Shown: positions 42,308 to 46,666 of the stretch, one piece after another
How positions within the stretch are numbered: the first letter of the stretch is position 1
How the letters are laid out: every line of letters begins with the position of its first letter
Source: Sandaracinaceae bacterium
GTDB lineage: Bacteria > Myxococcota_A > Polyangia > Polyangiales > JADJQN01
Assembly (NCBI GenBank): GCA_947483975.1
Contig: CANKOL010000001.1
Coordinates: 1 to 46,666 of the forward strand
DNA length: 46,666 nt
Direction: 5' to 3'
Notes under the pieces: model-generated
Told to the model about the DNA's origin: nothing
Database searches by the model: none
What the model saw: only the letters and a program-made list of their open reading frames with translations
Position numbers and translations under genes: made by a program

Positions 42308-45213
42308 GAGGTCGCCTCGCTGGCTGCGCGGGGGAAGGGCGCCTCGAGCCCGACGGGCGCTGCGATGCGCTCGAAGATTCGGCGCACCTCGAGGGCTGTT
42401 CGCGTATACGTCGCGGTGAGCACGTCGGAGCGTCGCATCCCGTCGCGGTCGCGCACCCCGAGCAAGCGCGCGACCTGCTCAGCGCGTCGACCGCCCGCCG
42501 CGAGCACAGGCTCACGCGTGTCGTCGAGTAGCCGCAGCGCCTGCTCCACGCTGCGCAGGAACGCCCACGCCTCGCCGAGCGCCTCGGCGTCGGAGGCGGT
42601 GAGATACCCGCGTGTGCGCAGCGCCGCGAGCGCGTCGAGCGTGCCGGGGAGTCGCACTGCGAGGTCCTCTCCGTGGCGCATCTGGAGGAATTGAACGACG
42701 AATTCGACGTCCACGAGCGCTCCGTGGCCGAGCTTCGGATGGTATCGGTCGCGCTTCTCGCCAGCAAGCTCTGCCTGCATCCGCCCGCGCAGCCGCGCGA
42801 GCTCCGACGCCTCAGGGGCGCCCTGCTCGAACGCTGCGTGCGCGGCGATGGCGGAGACCTCGCGCCCTAGCTCCGCGTCGCCGGCGACGAGGCGCGCGCG
42901 CACGAGCGCCTGACGCTCCCACGGAGCCGCCTCGCGCTCCTGATAGCGCGCGAACGCGGCGCGCGAGACGACGAGCATCCCGTGCGAGCCGCTCGGGCGG
43001 AGGCGCGCGTCGGTCGAATATCCTGGGCCCTCCGCGTCCGGCTGCGACAGCAGGCGCATCGTGCGTTGCGCGAGCCGCGTCGCCCGCTCGGGAAGCTCGT
43101 AGTCCACGCCGACGCCCTCTCGATACACGAAGAGCACGTCGAGGTCGCTGCCGAAGCCGAGCTCCCGCCCGCCGAGCTTGCCGAGCCCGCAGATGGCGAG
43201 CGGCAGGTCCTCGGCGTGCAGGTCGTGCGTCGCCTTCGCGAGCACGACGCGGAGCTGCGCCTCCGCGAGCGCCGTCAGGAGCCGTTCGACGCGCGGGGCG
43301 CCGACCTCGCCGGCGACGTGCGCGAGGCCGATGCGCAGCGTCAGCTCGCGCTTGAGCCTGCGCAGGGCGGCGACGACGCGCTCCGTGTCGGGGTCGCGCG
43401 CGTCGACGCTCGCGTGCATCGAGTCGACCTCCGCCTCGTCCGGGAGGCCTCCGAACACGAGCAGTCGGTCGAGCTCCTCCGGGTGTCCGACGAGCGCCGT
43501 CGAGAGCGTCGCGCTCGCGCCGAACAACCCGACGAGGCGTCGCGCGAGGCGTGGCTTCTCGACGAGCAGCTTGTCGTAGCCGACAGCCCCGCCGAGCCGC
43601 GTGAAGAAGTCGGCGAGGAACGAGAGCGCGCTGTCGACGTCGGCCGCCTCGCGCACGTGTCGCAGCAGCGCAGGGCCGAGCTCCGGCGTGCGCTCACGGC
43701 CGACCGCGCTGAGCGGTGCACCCGCCCGTCGCGCGAGCCGCAGCAGGTGCGCGGCCGCCTCGTCGGGGTCCGACACCGGCAGCAACGCCTGGGCCCGCTC
43801 CGCGACCGCGCTCGCTGACGCCCCGGACGCCACCAAGTCCGCGAGCTCCTCGAGCTCTTGGTTTGCCGCGTCCTCCGGGGTCTCCAGGCTAGCGAAGAGC
43901 TCCGCGACGCGGCTGCGCGCGGCGTCGAGCGTCTGCGAGAGCGCCTCACTGGACGCGAGCCCGAGCGAGCGCGCCATGCGCTCGTGCTCCTCGCTGCCAG
44001 GCTCGTCGAGCGCGTGCGTCTGGTAGCCCTTGCTCATGTGCACGCGGTGCTCGACGCGTCGGAGGAGCGACCAACCCGCAGCCAGGTCGCGCGCCTCGCG
44101 GTCGTTGACGATGCCCGCCGCGACGAGGCGAGAGAGCGCGTCCATCGTGCCGGCGACCTGCAGCTCGGGATGCCGCCCGCCCCAGATCAGCTGCAGCGAT
44201 TGGACGAAGAACTCCGCCTCGCGAATGCCGCCGCGGCCGAGCTTGACGTCGCGCTCGACGTCCACGCTCAGCTCCCGACGCGAGCGTCGCAGCATCTCGG
44301 CGAGCTCGTGCGCGAGGCTGGGGCGCACCTCCCGTCGGAAGATGAACGGCCGCAGCGCGTCGAGCAGCACCTCGCCGAACGCCCGATCCCCCGCGATGGG
44401 GCGCGCTCGAAGCAGCGCCGCGCGCTCCCAGGTGCGCCCCCAGGACTCGTAGTAGCGCTCGCCGCTCGCCAGCGAATTCACGAGCGGTCCGCGCGTACCC
44501 TCGGGGCGCAGGCGCAGGTCCACGCGGAAGCAGAAGCCGTCCTCCGTCACGTCCGAGAGCGCCTGCGAGGTCGAGCTAGCGATGCGCGCGTAGACCTCGT
44601 GCACGGTGAGCTCGCGGCTGCCGCGCGCGTCCGCGTCGATGGCGCTGCGATCGACGTCGGCGTCGTCCGTCTCGTAGAAGAAGCAGAGATCGATGTCGCT
44701 GCCGAGGTTCAGCTCGTCGCCCCCGAGCTTGCCCATGCCGAGCACGACGAAGGGCACCAAGCGCCCGCGCGTGTCGCCGTCGGACGCGTCGCGCGGGACG
44801 CCGTGCCGCGCGAAGACCGTGCGGGTGCACGCGGCGAGGGCAGCGTCGGTCGCGGCGGCGGCGATCGCCGAGACCTCCGCGCTCGTGCGGTCGATGTCGG
44901 CGAGGCGCAGCACCTCACGGAGCGCGACCCGCACCATCGCTCGATGGCGCAGGCGGCGCAGCACGCGTCGAAGCTCAGCACCATCGCCGAGCGTCGCCGT
45001 CGCGTCCGCAAATTCCCCGCGGAGCACGTCGACGAGCGTCGCGCGAGCGAGGGGACGCGCGAGCACGTCCGGCAGGATGCCGGGCTCGCCGAGCACGAGC
45101 GGGAAGAGCGCAGGCGCATGCGCAGCGAGCGTCACGACCGCGTCTCGCAGCGCAGCCGAAGAGTCGTCGCCGCCCGCAGCACGATACGCGTCGAGCGCTG
45201 CCTCCGGGCTCAT
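42304..45213 (-). CDS. glnE: bifunctional glutamine synthetase adenylyltransferase/adenylyl-removing enzyme
   Basis: Two nucleotidyltransferase modules with GMGKLGGDELNLGSDIDLCFFY and GLGKLGGRELGFGSDLDVLFVY. ATG 45213 overlaps the apbE stop (ATGA). The upstream 92 aa of the track ORF are Arg-rich and discarded. Confidence 0.9.
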   Translation of the reverse strand: MSPEAALDAYRAAGGDDSSAALRDAVVTLAAHAPALFPLVLGEPGILPDVLARPLARATLVDVLRGEFADATATLGDGAELRRVLRRLRHRAMVRVALREVLRLADIDRTSAEVSAIAAAATDAALAACTRTVFARHGVPRDASDGDTRGRLVPFVVLGMGKLGGDELNLGSDIDLCFFYETDDADVDRSAIDADARGSRELTVHEVYARIASSTSQALSDVTEDGFCFRVDLRLRPEGTRGPLVNSLASGERYYESWGRTWERAALLRARPIAGDRAFGEVLLDALRPFIFRREVRPSLAHELAEMLRRSRRELSVDVERDVKLGRGGIREAEFFVQSLQLIWGGRHPELQVAGTMDALSRLVAAGIVNDREARDLAAGWSLLRRVEHRVHMSKGYQTHALDEPGSEEHERMARSLGLASSEALSQTLDAARSRVAELFASLETPEDAANQELEELADLVASGASASAVAERAQALLPVSDPDEAAAHLLRLARRAGAPLSAVGRERTPELGPALLRHVREAADVDSALSFLADFFTRLGGAVGYDKLLVEKPRLARRLVGLFGASATLSTALVGHPEELDRLLVFGGLPDEAEVDSMHASVDARDPDTERVVAALRRLKRELTLRIGLAHVAGEVGAPRVERLLTALAEAQLRVVLAKATHDLHAEDLPLAICGLGKLGGRELGFGSDLDVLFVYREGVGVDYELPERATRLAQRTMRLLSQPDAEGPGYSTDARLRPSGSHGMLVVSRAAFARYQEREAAPWERQALVRARLVAGDAELGREVSAIAAHAAFEQGAPEASELARLRGRMQAELAGEKRDRYHPKLGHGALVDVEFVVQFLQMRHGEDLAVRLPGTLDALAALRTRGYLTASDAEALGEAWAFLRSVEQALRLLDDTREPVLAAGGRRAEQVARLLGVRDRDGMRRSDVLTATYTRTALEVRRIFERIAAPVGLEAPFPRAASEATS

Positions 45214-46496
45214 CGGACTGCTCCCGTCGTCGCAGGGCTCTCGGCGCGAGGCGGCAGCGGAGGCACCACGCCCGTCGCGGTGTCGTCGTCGACCCAGTCG
45301 CCGAGGCGATGCTCGGCGTCGAGCGTCGCGCGCATCACGAGTCGGCGCTCCGTGCCCGGGGTCGCGGACAGCCGCAACTCGGGGTCCACGACGATGCCCT
45401 CGTGCGGCCCGCCGGGGGCTCGCGCGAGCGCCTCGAGTCCACGCTGCGGGCCGAGGATGAACACCGCTGTGTCGACCGCATCGGCCCACAGGCCGCTCGG
45501 CGAGATCACCGTGACCGAGGCGCTCTTCTCGCTCGGGAAGCCCGTGCGCGGATCGAGGATGTGGTGGTAGCGCTGTCCCGCGTGCTCCCAGGTGTGCTCG
45601 TAGTCGCCGCTCGTCGAGACCGACGCGGGCCCCTCGACCTCGACGAACGCGAAGTAGCGCTCAGGGCTGCGGGGGTGCTGGATCCCGACGCGCCAGCCCC
45701 GGTCGCCGCGCTTGCCGCCGACGAGCACTTGGCCGCCGCCGTACAGCATGAAGTCGTGCAAGCCCGCCGCGTCGAGGATCTCCGCCATCCGGTCGAGCGC
45801 GTAGCCCTTCGCGACCCCGCCGAGGCCGATCGCCATGGCGGGCTCCCGTAAAAATAAGGTGCTTGCGGCCTCGTCGACGACGAGGTTCCGGTAGTTCCAG
45901 AGGGGCAGCTTGGCGCGGACCTCGTCGAGCGTCGGGGGGATCTGTCGACTATTTGGGCCGAAGTCCCAGAGCCCGCGGAGCGCGGCCCAGGTGATGTCGA
46001 ACGCCCCGTCGCTCCAGCGCGCGACCTCGAGGCTCGCCTTCACGCACGTCATCAGCTCCGGCCCAACGCGCACCGGCGACCGTCCCGCCGCCGCGTTGAC
46101 CCGCGAGATCTCACTGTTCGGCTGCCACTCGCTGAGCAGCGCCTCGAGGCGAGCGACCTCGTCGAACGCGCGCTCTATCGCCGCGTGCGCCGCCGCCTCG
46201 TCTCGCGCCCCGGACACCGCGATGTGCCACGGCGAGCCCATCAGCGTACGGTCGCCTTCCGTCAGACGCGGGAGGCCCGTCGTCACGTCGACGGGCGGGC
46301 TCCCGGCGTCGGGCATCACGATGTCGATCTGTACGAGATCGTCTTGCGGCGGCCGACGCGGACGGTGTCCTGGGTCGTGCGCGAAGCCCCACGCCAGCAG
46401 ACCCGCGACGACGATCGAGGCTCCCCAGAGCGCGGCAGCGCGACCCTTGCCCGCTTTGGACGGAGTCGCGCGCGCCGCCTTCTTGTCCCGCGCCAT
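45210..46496 (-). CDS. apbE: FAD:protein FMN transferase (ApbE family) with an N-terminal membrane anchor
   Basis: ATG 46496. Anchor AALWGASIVVAGLLAWGF. ApbE motifs FDITW, GLGGVAKGYALDR, VSTSGDYE and HHILDPRTG. Confidence 0.85.
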   Translation of the reverse strand: MARDKKAARATPSKAGKGRAAALWGASIVVAGLLAWGFAHDPGHRPRRPPQDDLVQIDIVMPDAGSPPVDVTTGLPRLTEGDRTLMGSPWHIAVSGARDEAAAHAAIERAFDEVARLEALLSEWQPNSEISRVNAAAGRSPVRVGPELMTCVKASLEVARWSDGAFDITWAALRGLWDFGPNSRQIPPTLDEVRAKLPLWNYRNLVVDEAASTLFLREPAMAIGLGGVAKGYALDRMAEILDAAGLHDFMLYGGGQVLVGGKRGDRGWRVGIQHPRSPERYFAFVEVEGPASVSTSGDYEHTWEHAGQRYHHILDPRTGFPSEKSASVTVISPSGLWADAVDTAVFILGPQRGLEALARAPGGPHEGIVVDPELRLSATPGTERRLVMRATLDAEHRLGDWVDDDTATGVVPPLPPRAESPATTGAVR

Positions 46497-46499
46497 CGC

Positions 46500-46666
46500 T
46501 CAGGGAGCGGCTGGTGCGCCGGCGGCAGGCACCGTAGGCCCGCCAGCCGCAGGCACCGTAGGCGCGTCAGCCGCAGGCACCGTAGGCGCGTCAGCCGCAG
46601 GCACCGCAGGCGCGTCAGCCGCAGGCGCCGCTGGAGCGTCGGCCGCGGCGGCCACGCCCCCGTCGG
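46500..46666 (-). CDS. 3' end of a gene running off the window; Pro/Ala-rich tail with (AADAPTVP)n repeats
   Basis: The minus-strand frame is open to the window edge. It ends ..AADAPAVPAADAPTVPAADAPTVPAAGGPTVPAAGAPAAP-stop (TGA 46502..46500), 3 nt before the apbE ATG. Only 55 codons are visible. Confidence 0.4.
   Translation of the reverse strand, partial: DGGVAAAADAPAAPAADAPAVPAADAPTVPAADAPTVPAAGGPTVPAAGAPAAP
46526..46645 (-). repeat. 24-bp in-frame tandem repeat, about 5 copies
   Basis: Plus-strand unit gcaggcaccgtaggcgcgtcagcc at 46526, 46550, 46574 and 46598, plus a diverged copy at 46622. Confidence 0.85.

Overview
Very GC-rich (about 70% by eye) chromosomal segment that looks like a Myxococcota genome. 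The signs are MYXO-CTERM-like sorting tails, several Ser/Thr kinases, giant TPR proteins, PATAN/DUF4388 receivers, frequent GTG/TTG starts and 4-nt ATGA/GTGA gene overlaps. I call 33 complete CDS, 1 partial CDS at the right edge and 2 tRNAs. I found no rRNA, CRISPR array, transposase, integrase or prophage remnant. Housekeeping anchors are dnaG-rpoD-tRNA(CAT), a CPBP-HAD-nadC-birA overlap operon, erpA, ygfZ, glnE and apbE. The rest is accessory envelope and signalling content: a Gly-rich lipoprotein next to a Ser/Thr-kinase/STAND/TPR giant; DsbD plus a lipoprotein; a DUF4398/OmpA-TSP3/beta-barrel operon; an RpoH-like sigma followed by a 1,829-aa TPR protein and a REC-PATAN regulator; and a histidine-brace LPMO-like protein convergent with an FG-GAP phosphodiester glycosidase. 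The most system-like candidates are (i) the sigma/TPR/REC-PATAN module, mirrored by a fused REC-PATAN-TPR gene that is translationally coupled to apbE-glnE, and (ii) the kinase-STAND giant with its neighbouring surface lipoprotein. Nucleotide-level oddities include a 15-bp tandem repeat that codes on both strands inside a 133-bp convergent gene overlap, a perfect 12+12-bp AT-rich palindrome in front of the sigma gene, and independent in-frame tandem repeats in at least six genes, including rpoD. All functional calls come from motif recognition by eye and none has been checked by database search. The many long Arg/Ala-rich antisense ORFs in the track are treated as high-GC artefacts.
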